Positions 10,101 through 18,540 are shown, numbered from the stretch's first letter. The stretch is DNA of 41,545 bases from Chryseobacterium gleum (GCA_945877005.1 CAMCQL010000001.1:1-41545), one strand, 5' to 3'. The notes: generated by a model from the letters alone, not told the origin. Numbers and translations are program-made.

Positions 10101-10313
10101 CATGCGGTATCGAAAAATATTTACACAAAGGTTAATTAGTAAAAAAACTAATAGTATTTCAAACCATTTCGCATTATAAATAAAAAGTTTAGCAGTTTGA
10201 ATATCGTATTTGGATTCTAATATGGTAGCGAGGGCGATGGCTACAAGAAAAATTAACATTCCCAACGCCATCATACGCATTGAAAATAGGTTTTGAAATA
10301 TTTTTTTGTACAT
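7128..10313 (-). CDS. ccsBA: Fused cytochrome c biogenesis protein CcsBA (ResB-like N-terminus + CcsA heme-handling C-terminus)
   Basis: 1061 aa. The C-terminal WWD motif is WGRYWGWDPKETWALV with flanking conserved His. The N-terminus is a ResB-like TM plus large periplasmic domain with a TM His (SFHLSF). Confidence 0.85.
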   Translation of the reverse strand: MYKKIFQNLFSMRMMALGMLIFLVAIALATILESKYDIQTAKLFIYNAKWFEILLVFLLINLCVNIFRYRMFAREKIAMLSFHLSFIVIVIGAAVTRYFGFEGLMLIREGSSSNFIYLSDPHLWFKINDGKMQYTLNQKLLQSEQFLNSFNHEVNFPNRKKPLNIEVVSFRKKMIDTLVINDSIKECVLEIVTDGMKSNYVGPNQFVMVGENALSFEKKNSMPGIDVKRVNGQLFVNSKLPFRYLPMSKMKMYRQAGTTPPEEAFITIPSDSLVPFYSTTLYQVAGQQFVFKRVIEHAKMSKVSSGRKDRGMDVLTIKISDDVSSKLVDLIGGIGQIPETEIFKFSGLTFEMEYGSSKATLPFSIACRDFKLDRYPGSNVASSFESQVTILDTKKKYTRNQKIFMNHVMDYGGYRFFQSSYDPDEKGTRLSVNHDFWGTNITYLGYLLMAIGMIMSLFAPKGRFKDLLSKINASQKRRKVLLSMALILSMTSLGFSQGDHHNHSHEQMGTAKKEVPVHRIISEEHSEDLASLLVQDYDGRIVPLHTMADQLLRKIYGKNIFEKKNAIQVIMSMHMYPPFWMEKKIISIPQVLREPLHLSNYEDYTSLVKVETGEFKWLSNYNSAHQKLESKRSEFDKKIIKLVERFQVLSAIFSWEYMKIIPLKGDKNNTWFVPLNMDLMKKDSLSSTLALRYLAEVNDAVKKHSFVKANEFLNQLKSFQRNIAKEIVPSSKHVDLEIRYNKMSIFKNTMYSYFILGIVLLILYFVRIFVSPTQKTERIIKRTMLPFIILIGIVFVYHGIGIALRWYISGHAPWSNGYEAVVFIAWVAMLAGFIFSRKNGAVLAGTAILSFFILFVTELNLMDPEITPLQPVLKSYWLMIHVAIITGSYGFLGLGAILSFLNQVLYLFRTRKNGPRITAQIKEITAVSELTITLGLFMLTIGTFLGGIWANESWGRYWGWDPKETWALVSVLVYAVILHLRYIPGLKSTFTFNLVSFWGYSAIIFTFFGVNFYLVGLHSYAQGEGLAEIPNWIFYTAAMFFLFSLSSYFRYRFYKSKQSIE

Positions 10314-10334
10314 ATCTTAAAATTAAAGACTTAA

Positions 10335-10342
10335 CAAAACTA
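10335..10342 (-). promoter_or_regulatory. -7 box TAGTTTTG upstream of ccsBA
   Basis: The reverse complement of caaaacta matches TAnnTTTG, 21 nt upstream of the ATG at 10313. It overlaps an 11-bp inverted repeat. Confidence 0.35.
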
Positions 10343-10368
10343 TAATTTAATTTGTTGAATTATAGTTT
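10337..10368. repeat. Perfect 11-bp inverted repeat AAACTATAATT / AATTATAGTTT separated by 10 nt
   Basis: Read directly in the adhesin-ccsBA intergenic region. Confidence 0.6.
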
Positions 10369-10454
10369 AATTGTTAAAATGTATACAAAATTAACATCCT
10401 ACTTCAGTAAAATGAAAGAAAAAAATTATTTTTTCAAAAAAAACAGAATCGATT

Positions 10455-13400
10455 TTATTTCAATAAATTAACGTGTCCTATAAACTCTTTTCGAGCTTTA
10501 GATACATCATCGATTACGCTTATTTTCCAAATGTAAGTGCCATCAGGGGCTAATTTATTTCCGTAAAAACCATTCCACCCTTTTGTACGGTCGTGAGATT
10601 CAAAAACTAGCTCTCCCCAACGATCATATATTTTAAAATCATAAGAATCCGAAACAATTGCTTTTGAAATTACAGGATAAAAAACCTCATTTGTTTTGTC
10701 TTGATTTGGAGTAAACGTATTTGGGACATAAATAGAAAATTTATCTGGTATATTGATTTCTTTGACTAATGTATCCATACAAGTACTTCCTCTATAGGCC
10801 ACTAAAACTATTTTATACATTCCAGCCTCTTCTTTGTATCTATAAGTCGGATTATTTTCAAGAGATATAAAACCATCACCTAAAAACCATTTATACTTTG
10901 AAGCTTTTAACGATTTATTAGTTAGTATGACTACAGGATCAACAACGTCGAGCTCAGACTTATTCAAATCAAAATCTGCAACTGGTCTTTCGTCTATGCA
11001 GATAACATTTTCTTTAACTTGATTAGAGAAGCAACCTTTACTAAAATTTGTAATTTTCATCGAATAACAACCAGAGTCATTGATTACGTGAGAGATTTGA
11101 CTCGACCCAATTACTTTTATTTTATCAGAATTTATTTCGAACAACAAGGAATCACTTTGTTGAGATGGAGGATTTGATAGGCTAAATTTAAAAGGCTTAC
11201 AACCAAAATTATCACTTATTGAAAAATCGGTAGTTGGTAAAGGATTCACGACAACCTCAATTTGCCCTTCCCCACCACAACCAACATTAGAAATTAATTT
11301 AATCTTAGAAACTCCTACTGAAGCTTTGGAAGGATTAAAAAAAGATTTTGATGAATCTGAAGGATGCGGTTCTAAACCTGTTAAATTAGCCCAAACACCT
11401 TTCGTATTGGAAGACACTGTATATTTAAAGGAATCATAAGAACAAAAAGGACCAATTGGTTGTATCTGAATTTTCTCAAATTGATCAACACTAATCGTTA
11501 TTTTCCCACTATTCGTACAATCTCCCGTTTTCAAATTAACAATATATTCTCCTGATTGATTCAATTTCACATTTTCTAATAAAGCTTTCGCGCTCGTCGA
11601 TTTAAAGTTATTTGGTCCTGACCAAACAACACTTGTTGCTGTAGTGTCTGCAATCAATTTAACGGTATCACCTAAACATATTTTAGAAGGCGCCAAAATA
11701 GCGGCACTTGGTTTCGGTGCAATCGTAAATTCGACTATTTTACTGTTTTGAGAAATACAAAGTTTTTCTAATAATAAGTATTTAACTGAATGTTTACCTA
11801 TTGGTGAATTAGTAACAGTAATCCTACCAGTCGCTTGATCAACATCTAAACCTGTTGAACTAGAAAAAACACCACCTGTTTCAAATCGTGGATCTAATTT
11901 AGGAAGTACGTCAGCTGTTTCAGAACATACCTTAGAAATCGGATAACTATAGCTAACATTAGGTGTTCGCAAACCAGAAATTAAAACTTCAGTCGTACCA
12001 GAAGTTGATGTTCCACAAACTTTTGATGTAATCCTATATTTAATAGGATATGTTTCATCAGGTTGAACATTTTTCAAATCTAACAAACCAGTTAAACTAT
12101 CTACTTTAATAATTGAATTAAGCGTAAAGAAACGTCCACCTTTTGTAAAATCAACAGGTAAATTAGGTAATGCATTTTTATCATTTATACAAATCGGTCT
12201 CTTGTAAGAGAAATTTGAATTTGGCGTTGGAGTTTCAATTATTATTTTTGCTTTACTGGTATTTTCCATCATACAGCCAATAGCCGATAATTTGTAACTA
12301 ATTTCAAATTCACCTGGTTGAGAAGAACTTAAAAATATTTTACCTGTGCTTGAGCTTACAACTAGATTTGTCGGACTTGAAAACACTCCACCTGGAACAA
12401 AATTAGGCGATTTTGTAGGTGAGATAGTCCCCAATGTTTTACAAACAGGAGTGGTGTATGAAAAATCAGAAAATTGAGGTGTCAATTGCACCAAACTAAA
12501 CGAAACAGATTTTGAAATTTCTGCCCCACATTCAGTTTTAGGATAAGTATAGGTAACAGTGTGTTTTCCTTTTACACCAGAAGATAAATCAATTTCACCA
12601 GTAGTTTCATTAATTTTTAAAGCTGTACTTGAAGAAGAAAACCTACCTCCTTTAGCAAAACCATTTGATAAAACAGGGAACTTATTTGCACCTCCAATAC
12701 AAAGTAATGTATCATAAGTAAATTCAATGTTTTTTGGTGTATTATCGATTAGGATAATATCAACATAGGGGGATCTCCTTCCACAATCAACAGTAGAACG
12801 AATTCTATAAACAATCGAATAAACGCCAGCCTTACAATTAGAAATATCAATTGCACCATTAGTTTTATTAATAATTAAAGAATCATCAACGCCACTTACA
12901 AATTCAAAAGTCCCACCACTTACAAATCCATTTTCCTTAGTAGGGGTGTATTTTTTAGTTGAAGATAGCAAGCAAATAGGTGAAGGGAAACTAAAACTTG
13001 GTAATGGCTGACCTGATGACAATAGAGTGATTTGTGTCGAATCTTTTTTTCCTAACAAACAAGAAACCTCCTTCACCTCATAATACACAGAATAGTTTCC
13101 GCTTCTAATTCCAGTAATATCTAATTTACCTGAATTAGAATCAATTTTTAATTCTTTATTTGTAGAAAAGGTCCCCCCCTGACTAAAATTTGAAACCAAA
13201 ATTGGCTCTAAGGATTTTTCATCTATTGAACCACAAATAAATTTCGAGAACTTAAAACCTGTTACAGGTGTTTTAGGTTGATTAATTTTTACGTTAACCG
13301 TGTTTGTTCCCCCCACTTCGCAGACATTTGCCGCTGACAAAGTGTAGGTAATTGCGTATGAACCAACTTTTGAAAGGTCCATTGAAATTCTACCTGAAAA

Positions 13401-14744
13401 CTTATTGACAGAAACATCTGATGAATTTGAAGTAAACAAACCGCCTTTACTAAAAGAAATATCTTTTGTTGGAAAAGTAACTGTACTATTCAAACATAAT
13501 ACCGAATCATATTTAAAATTTAAATTTGGCTCTAATGGCTTATCATAAATTGTAAATGACTTAGAAATTTCACCAGAACAACCTCCAGGATTATAAGTTA
13601 TTGTAATCATTTCAGATCCTTCGTCAATATTGTCTTTAATAGGATCAATAACTAATTGAACTGAGTCAGAATTTGCAGGAATTGTAATGGTGTTTGAAAG
13701 TTGTTTTACATCCGTAACATTTAAAGCAGTTCCAGTTATTTTATAGTTTATTACAGTTTTAGTATTTAACTTTTGAGGAATTCTAAATGTAACAATACCT
13801 TTTGAACAACCCTCAACCAAATTCGAATCGGAAACAATCGCTCCAGAAAAATTTTGTTGTTTTGTTTCTGCAGCAACTATATTACTAGATAAACTACCGC
13901 CAAGTAAAAAAACACCGCTGTCATAATTTTGATCACCAACATCTGCTAAAGCAATTTTCAAATGGTACTTTTGACCACAAATCACTTTAGCTCTGGCTTT
14001 CAAAGGCTTTGTAAAACCATCAAAACCAATTTGAGAAGAAGTCAAATCAAATGCTTCATTTACAATAAAATATTTTGAGTAATTCCTCCAATCAGGATCA
14101 ATATTATCACACGTTACAGGATTATTTTTTTTTGAGACATTTCCAGAGTTTATAGAGTTAATGCTAACATTTGTTCCATTTGAACCTGGGACAATAGCCA
14201 AATTGTGCATTTGATAAGCCCCTCCAGAAGGATTAGGACCAGTAAGAAAAAAACCGAAAATATCATTAAAACTACTACAATTGAATTCTGGGTACTCTTC
14301 GGATGCAAATACATATTCAAAATTAATTGAATCCGACTGTGGTACGAAATCAAATTCTAAAACAACCGCATCATTTGTTTGCTTACCTGTTTTTTTTATG
14401 ATTGAATCTAATTCTTTGTCTTGAATACCAGAACCTTGAACACCAGTTGCAATATTCAAATTAGGACCAATTGCATCTAATACATTGCCTGTAGAAAGTA
14501 AAACTCCTTTTGATAACCCTAAATTAGTAGCTCCAACAACATCTTTGTAAACAAATGAAGCTTTACTTAAATTTGAATTTCCAGTAAAGGTAATGTTAGA
14601 TGCTTTTAATCCATATCCAAGCAGTACTTTTTCTACTAATTGCGTTGGGGATGTTGTCGTATTTATTGATAATTGAGCGAAAATTTCTTTATCATTAAAC
14701 AAACAAAAAAAAACGATAAATAAGTGTGAGATTTTTTTATTCAT
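10455..14744 (-). CDS. Very large secreted surface protein: choice-of-anchor-L-like N-terminal domain, 7 tandem ~86-aa repeats, Ig/PKD-like modules, T9SS type B (gliding-motility-associated) C-terminal domain
   Basis: Signal peptide MNKKISHLFIVFFCLFNDKEIFAQ, so I prefer the ATG at 14744. N-terminal motifs are NDAVVLEFDFVP...FASEEYPEF...FNDIFGFFLTGPN. A PKD-like WFLGDG is present. The C-terminus YVPNTFTPNQDKTNEVFYPV...FKIYDRWGELVFES...GWNGFYGNKLAPDGTYIWKI matches the type B CTD pattern. Confidence 0.85.
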   Translation of the reverse strand: MNKKISHLFIVFFCLFNDKEIFAQLSINTTTSPTQLVEKVLLGYGLKASNITFTGNSNLSKASFVYKDVVGATNLGLSKGVLLSTGNVLDAIGPNLNIATGVQGSGIQDKELDSIIKKTGKQTNDAVVLEFDFVPQSDSINFEYVFASEEYPEFNCSSFNDIFGFFLTGPNPSGGAYQMHNLAIVPGSNGTNVSINSINSGNVSKKNNPVTCDNIDPDWRNYSKYFIVNEAFDLTSSQIGFDGFTKPLKARAKVICGQKYHLKIALADVGDQNYDSGVFLLGGSLSSNIVAAETKQQNFSGAIVSDSNLVEGCSKGIVTFRIPQKLNTKTVINYKITGTALNVTDVKQLSNTITIPANSDSVQLVIDPIKDNIDEGSEMITITYNPGGCSGEISKSFTIYDKPLEPNLNFKYDSVLCLNSTVTFPTKDISFSKGGLFTSNSSDVSVNKFSGRISMDLSKVGSYAITYTLSAANVCEVGGTNTVNVKINQPKTPVTGFKFSKFICGSIDEKSLEPILVSNFSQGGTFSTNKELKIDSNSGKLDITGIRSGNYSVYYEVKEVSCLLGKKDSTQITLLSSGQPLPSFSFPSPICLLSSTKKYTPTKENGFVSGGTFEFVSGVDDSLIINKTNGAIDISNCKAGVYSIVYRIRSTVDCGRRSPYVDIILIDNTPKNIEFTYDTLLCIGGANKFPVLSNGFAKGGRFSSSSTALKINETTGEIDLSSGVKGKHTVTYTYPKTECGAEISKSVSFSLVQLTPQFSDFSYTTPVCKTLGTISPTKSPNFVPGGVFSSPTNLVVSSSTGKIFLSSSQPGEFEISYKLSAIGCMMENTSKAKIIIETPTPNSNFSYKRPICINDKNALPNLPVDFTKGGRFFTLNSIIKVDSLTGLLDLKNVQPDETYPIKYRITSKVCGTSTSGTTEVLISGLRTPNVSYSYPISKVCSETADVLPKLDPRFETGGVFSSSTGLDVDQATGRITVTNSPIGKHSVKYLLLEKLCISQNSKIVEFTIAPKPSAAILAPSKICLGDTVKLIADTTATSVVWSGPNNFKSTSAKALLENVKLNQSGEYIVNLKTGDCTNSGKITISVDQFEKIQIQPIGPFCSYDSFKYTVSSNTKGVWANLTGLEPHPSDSSKSFFNPSKASVGVSKIKLISNVGCGGEGQIEVVVNPLPTTDFSISDNFGCKPFKFSLSNPPSQQSDSLLFEINSDKIKVIGSSQISHVINDSGCYSMKITNFSKGCFSNQVKENVICIDERPVADFDLNKSELDVVDPVVILTNKSLKASKYKWFLGDGFISLENNPTYRYKEEAGMYKIVLVAYRGSTCMDTLVKEINIPDKFSIYVPNTFTPNQDKTNEVFYPVISKAIVSDSYDFKIYDRWGELVFESHDRTKGWNGFYGNKLAPDGTYIWKISVIDDVSKARKEFIGHVNLLK
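11724..13529 (-). repeat. Seven in-frame tandem protein repeats (~83-90 aa each) inside the large surface protein
   Basis: The recurring core is F-x-x-GG-x-F-S-[ST]... G-x-I/L-x-[IL]... G-x-[YH]-x-[IV]-x-Y, for example FSKGGLFTSNSS..GRISMDLSKVGSYAITYTL and FAKGGRFSSSST..GEIDLSSGVKGKHTVTYTY. It spans aa about 421-1022 of the track ORF. Confidence 0.75.
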
Positions 14745-14969
14745 ATTGCAAAAATTTAGAATCGTTTTTGAATTTAATTCTTTATCCATACTACTTTGAC
14801 GGAGGAATAAATAAAAAGTTGTTTTAAAAACAAAAATACATACTATTTTACCGATGAATTCATTTTTCAGTAATTTAAGAATGAATTAATATAAGGAAGA
14901 ACTCAAAATTAATTAAACACCTTTAAATAAAACAGATAGTTATAAATTAAAAACAAATAAGATTTTACT

Positions 14970-15611
14970 TCATTTAGTATTTTCTAACATTGGTACAAAA
15001 CTAAAATCACCAAAACTTTCGGTTATGTATTCATTTTCAGATTTTCTAGTAATTCTTTTCATTGTTTGAACCTCAAAACTCCCAACAGGAATCACTAATA
15101 AACCTCCTATTTTTAGTTGATTCAACAGATTTTCAGGTACAAAATTCGCTCCACAAGTCACTAATATTTTATCAAAAGGTGCATCAATAGCTCTACCTTT
15201 GTAACCATCTCCATAAAAAAGCTTAGGCGTAAATTTCAAAAAATCAATGATGTGTTTTACCTTTATATACAATTCACGTTGTCTTTCAACAGAAAAAACT
15301 TTACACCCTAATGCACACAAAATAGAAGTTTGAAAACCTGAACCTGTTCCAATTTCTAATACTTTTTCGCCCTTGGTCACTTGAAGTAATTGTGTTTGAA
15401 AAGCAACAGTGTATGGATGAGAAATGGTTTGTCCTGCTCCTATTTGAAAAGCGACATTTGAATACGCTTGTTGTTCAAAAACAAGATCTAAAAAAAAATG
15501 TCTCGGAACCTTGTCAAAAGCATCCAATACTTTTTCATCGGTAATTCCTAATAACCTTAGCTCTTCTACTAAAAACCTTCTTTTAGCTTGATGCTTGTAT
15601 GAATCAATCAT
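14970..15611 (-). CDS. pcm: Protein-L-isoaspartate O-methyltransferase
   Basis: 213 aa. SAM motif VLEIGTGSGFQTSIL, the ISHPYTVA motif and overall length are typical of Pcm. Confidence 0.9.
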   Translation of the reverse strand: MIDSYKHQAKRRFLVEELRLLGITDEKVLDAFDKVPRHFFLDLVFEQQAYSNVAFQIGAGQTISHPYTVAFQTQLLQVTKGEKVLEIGTGSGFQTSILCALGCKVFSVERQRELYIKVKHIIDFLKFTPKLFYGDGYKGRAIDAPFDKILVTCGANFVPENLLNQLKIGGLLVIPVGSFEVQTMKRITRKSENEYITESFGDFSFVPMLENTK

Positions 15612-15632
15612 AAATTAATAAATCTTAATTCA

Positions 15633-15640
15633 CAAATTTA
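15633..15640 (-). promoter_or_regulatory. -7 box TAAATTTG upstream of pcm
   Basis: The reverse complement of caaattta lies 21 nt upstream of the ATG at 15611. Confidence 0.45.
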
Positions 15641-15759
15641 CATTGAAATTTAAAACAATTCACCTCAAATTAACCAACACACAATCGTTAAAAAAATATT
15701 TTTAAACTTATAAAATAGATTTATCATGTTTTTGATTCCATAAATCTAACAAAATCGAA

Positions 15760-15767
15760 TAAATTTG
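15760..15767 (+). promoter_or_regulatory. -7 box TAAATTTG upstream of miaE
   Basis: Exact TAnnTTTG match 14 nt upstream of the ATG at 15782. It is divergent from the pcm promoter. Confidence 0.45.
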
Positions 15768-15781
15768 TAAAAAATTTAGGA

Positions 15782-16363
15782 ATGTTTAATTTAAAATTAT
15801 CCACAGATCCACGTTGGGTTGAAATCGCTTCTACAAATATTGAAGAACTTCTAACGGATCATGCATGGTGCGAACAAAAGGCTGCAACAAATGCAATCAC
15901 ACTAATTGCCTACAATTCTGAACACCCTGAATTAGTAACAGAACTAACAAAAATTTGTCAAGAGGAATTAGAGCACTTTAGTCAAGTTCATGACATTATT
16001 AAAAAACGTGGTTTTAAATTAGGTCGAGAAAGAAAAGATCATTATGTCAATGAATTATTTCGTTTCATGAAAAAAGACGGAAGTAGAAATGATGCATTGG
16101 TTGATCGTTTACTTTTCTCAGCGATGATTGAAGCAAGAAGTTGCGAGCGTTTCAAAGTACTTTCCGAAAACTTTGAAGATGAAGAATTAGCTAAATTCTA
16201 CAGAGAATTAATGATAAGTGAAGCGGGGCATTATACTACTTTTTTAAATTTTGCTAGAAAATATGGCACCAAAGAAAAAGTAGATTTACGCTGGAAAGAA
16301 TGGATCGAATTTGAAAACGAACTAATTCAAAATTACGGTAAAACAGAAACAGTACATGGATAA
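15782..16363 (+). CDS. miaE: tRNA-(ms2io6A37)-hydroxylase MiaE (non-heme diiron)
   Basis: 193 aa. Ferritin-like ligand pattern DHAWCEQKAA, EELEHF, IEARSCERF and SEAGHY (two ExxH motifs), at typical MiaE length. Confidence 0.85.
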   Translation: MFNLKLSTDPRWVEIASTNIEELLTDHAWCEQKAATNAITLIAYNSEHPELVTELTKICQEELEHFSQVHDIIKKRGFKLGRERKDHYVNELFRFMKKDGSRNDALVDRLLFSAMIEARSCERFKVLSENFEDEELAKFYRELMISEAGHYTTFLNFARKYGTKEKVDLRWKEWIEFENELIQNYGKTETVHG

Positions 16364-16550
16364 TGATATGGATGGATTTTCTGTCAATAAAAAATTAAAT
16401 CCAGATGAATTTTATTACTCTACTGAAGGATACATTGTATTTACAGAAAAATATTTGTTAAAAAGAGGATATTGTTGTAAAAACGGATGTAAACACTGTC
16501 CTTACGGCTACGACTCTAGAAAAGGGAATTTTAAAAAAGATAATAAATAA
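16356..16550 (+). CDS. Small Cys-rich protein (DUF5522-like)
   Basis: 64 aa. YYSTEGYIVFTEKYLLKRGYCCKNGCKHCPY carries a CC-x3-C-x2-C cluster. It overlaps the miaE stop by 8 nt. Confidence 0.65.
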   Translation: MDNDMDGFSVNKKLNPDEFYYSTEGYIVFTEKYLLKRGYCCKNGCKHCPYGYDSRKGNFKKDNK

Positions 16551-16637
16551 AAATTGACCCTTTACAAAATCTTTTTTTAAGTATCCTGATTAGTTTAAAA
16601 AAATAAATCAAAAAATTGAAATTTTCAACCTCTAAAA

Positions 16638-17186
16638 TCAATTTAAATCAATACCATTTTCAGGAATTTTACCTTTAAACTGACTTAGTATTTTTTTGAT
16701 TGATTTAATATCTTCATCAATATTGCCTGTAGGTTCAAAAATTGAATGAAAACCACCTTTTTTATTTTCAAAATCTACATAAGCAAGATAAATTGGAACA
16801 TTTGCTTTTTGTGCAATGTAGTAGAAACCTTTTTTCCAATTTGGATTGTAACTTCTAGTTCCTTCAGGAGTAAAAACCAAAAACAATTCCTCTGATTGAT
16901 CAAAAAAAGATACAGCCTGATCTGTTAGTCGATTGTTTTTACTTCTATTCACGGGAATACCACCCATTTTTTTTAAAAGAATCCCGAATGGAAAGAAAAA
17001 AAGCTCTTTCTTAATCAAGAATTTACCTTGAATTCCGTAATGCATGAAAGCAATTTTACCTACAATAAAATCCCAATTTGAAGTATGAGGACCAACAACA
17101 ACAACTGCTTTTTTAATTTTATTTGTTGGCTTTGGATCAAAAGTCCAGCCAAATAGTCGCGCAAATAAATAAAGAATTTTTCCCAT
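16638..17186 (-). CDS. Lysophospholipid (1-acyl-sn-glycerol-3-phosphate) acyltransferase family protein
   Basis: HxxxxD motif HTSNWD and TPEGTR block. I prefer the ATG at 17186 (MGKILYLF) because the track start at 17207 is a TTG forming the end of a TATATTTG -7 box. Confidence 0.75.
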   Translation of the reverse strand: MGKILYLFARLFGWTFDPKPTNKIKKAVVVVGPHTSNWDFIVGKIAFMHYGIQGKFLIKKELFFFPFGILLKKMGGIPVNRSKNNRLTDQAVSFFDQSEELFLVFTPEGTRSYNPNWKKGFYYIAQKANVPIYLAYVDFENKKGGFHSIFEPTGNIDEDIKSIKKILSQFKGKIPENGIDLN

Positions 17187-17204
17187 CCGTAATTTAATAT
17201 TTTG

Positions 17205-17212
17205 CAAATATA
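17205..17212 (-). promoter_or_regulatory. -7 box TATATTTG upstream of the acyltransferase gene
   Basis: On the reverse strand TATATTTG is followed 18 nt later by the ATG at 17186. Confidence 0.45.
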
Positions 17213-17223
17213 TATCTTTACAT

Positions 17224-18540
17224 ATGCGAAGTTCAAATAAAATAAAATCAATCGTATATAATTTATGTACTTTAATAGGTATTTGGTTAATTTTTTCAAT
17301 CTGTGCATTACTCCTTAAGACACAAAAAACTGAACTCTATAAGCACATCCCAAATAACTTCGATTTTTATGGAGAAGTAAATAACCAACTAATTACCAAA
17401 AAAATTGCAAATGAACTTTTAATTGATTCTCCCAATGATAGTCTATTTGTACAATTCTCAGAAATATTACAAAAAATCAATGAAACCCCTTCTAAAATAA
17501 CAGGAATTAATTTTTTTTCAAATATTGTTTTTTTCAAAGCAACAATTAATGACAAACCAATTATTAGTGTTTTATTCGATCTAGTGGATCCAGAACAATT
17601 TAAAAAAATAAAATTATCAGAAACTTTTTACACTCTTAGTAAAGACCATACTGGCATTCTTCTACTTTCTTTAGAAAAGGAACAAATCTCAAAATCAAAA
17701 TTACATCAAATTGCATTAAATGTTTTCAAAAACACCAACGATTTACAAATTAAATCATTGAAAAAAGACGAGATTATCTGTATTAACTTCAAAAACAATA
17801 AAAATCAATTAAGCATCTTCAACCGAAATAATGGTATATCAATAACCGGAAAGATACAAGATACCAAAACAAGGAAAAATGATGAACTTTTAATGAAGAA
17901 TTCGAAATCTAATTTCAATTTAACAGCAAATCATCTCCCGAATTATATTTCTAACTTCCTGCAAGAAAAACTCAACCAACAACTTTACAATACTCCAATT
18001 TTAAAAGGATTAAGTATTAGTTATAAAGGTTTAGAAATCAAAGAAACTGAAGAAGATGATTTTTCCATCATTCCACAAATTAATGCGCACATTCTTTTTG
18101 ATAGTTGTATCACTCAGAAAAGAATTTTAAAAACATTTGAACCTATTTCTAAAATTTCTATTGACACACTAACGAACAGCTTTACTATAGGAGAAGAGAA
18201 ATATGCTTACAAACTAAGTAAAAAACATCTTTATTTTGGAGAAAACACTTTAGAATTTCAGACAAGACCCTCTCAAAATTTATTTCAATTAAACGGAAAA
18301 CTCGCATCAATATTCAAAATCAAAGGCCCAAGTTTTATAACTGGATTTATTGAAATGTTACCCCCTTATTTTATCTCAAAAAAATACGCTAATAGCTTTC
18401 ATAATGTTCAAATTAATGTTCAAAAAAACAATCCTAATTCAATAATAATAGTGAAAGGAAAAATCAAAATGAAAGATAAAAAAAATCTTTACCATGAAAC
18501 ACTAAAAATGATTCTTGACTTTCAATCTACTGGTTTATAA
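17224..18540 (+). CDS. Hypothetical N-terminally membrane-anchored protein
   Basis: 438 aa, ATG start, one N-terminal TM (IVYNLCTLIGIWLIFSICALLL), and a Lys/Asn-rich soluble remainder. I recognise no family motif. Confidence 0.6.
   Translation: MRSSNKIKSIVYNLCTLIGIWLIFSICALLLKTQKTELYKHIPNNFDFYGEVNNQLITKKIANELLIDSPNDSLFVQFSEILQKINETPSKITGINFFSNIVFFKATINDKPIISVLFDLVDPEQFKKIKLSETFYTLSKDHTGILLLSLEKEQISKSKLHQIALNVFKNTNDLQIKSLKKDEIICINFKNNKNQLSIFNRNNGISITGKIQDTKTRKNDELLMKNSKSNFNLTANHLPNYISNFLQEKLNQQLYNTPILKGLSISYKGLEIKETEEDDFSIIPQINAHILFDSCITQKRILKTFEPISKISIDTLTNSFTIGEEKYAYKLSKKHLYFGENTLEFQTRPSQNLFQLNGKLASIFKIKGPSFITGFIEMLPPYFISKKYANSFHNVQINVQKNNPNSIIIVKGKIKMKDKKNLYHETLKMILDFQSTGL

Noticed and set aside
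14705-14713. Homopolymer tracts as phase-variation switches: A9 (T9 on the coding strand) in the signal-peptide region of the adhesin, A10 at 27726-27735 and A9 at 28698-28706 in the BatA-like gene, and T9 at 18639-18647 and 22081-22089 in upstream regions.
   Set aside because: Runs of 8-10 A/T occur throughout this AT-rich window, mostly as Lys (AAA) or Phe (TTT) codons. All affected ORFs are intact, and nothing singles these tracts out. Multi-strain or read-level length variation would be needed to revive the idea.
14745-14789. An upstream ATG (MDKELNSKTILNFCN) as the start of the large surface protein.
   Set aside because: The downstream ATG at 14744 gives a standard signal peptide (MNKKISHLFIVFFCLF...AQ). 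The 15 extra residues would put an acidic or polar extension in front of it. This is kept as a possibility only.
14860-14900. The AT-only inverted repeat GAATTCATT...AATGAATTA downstream of pcm as a terminator, and similar 5-7 bp AT stems after the genes ending at 18540, 21959, 35989 and 40481.
   Set aside because: The stems are short, are entirely A/T or have implausible loops, and lack a following U-tract. Such pairs are expected by chance at this base composition.
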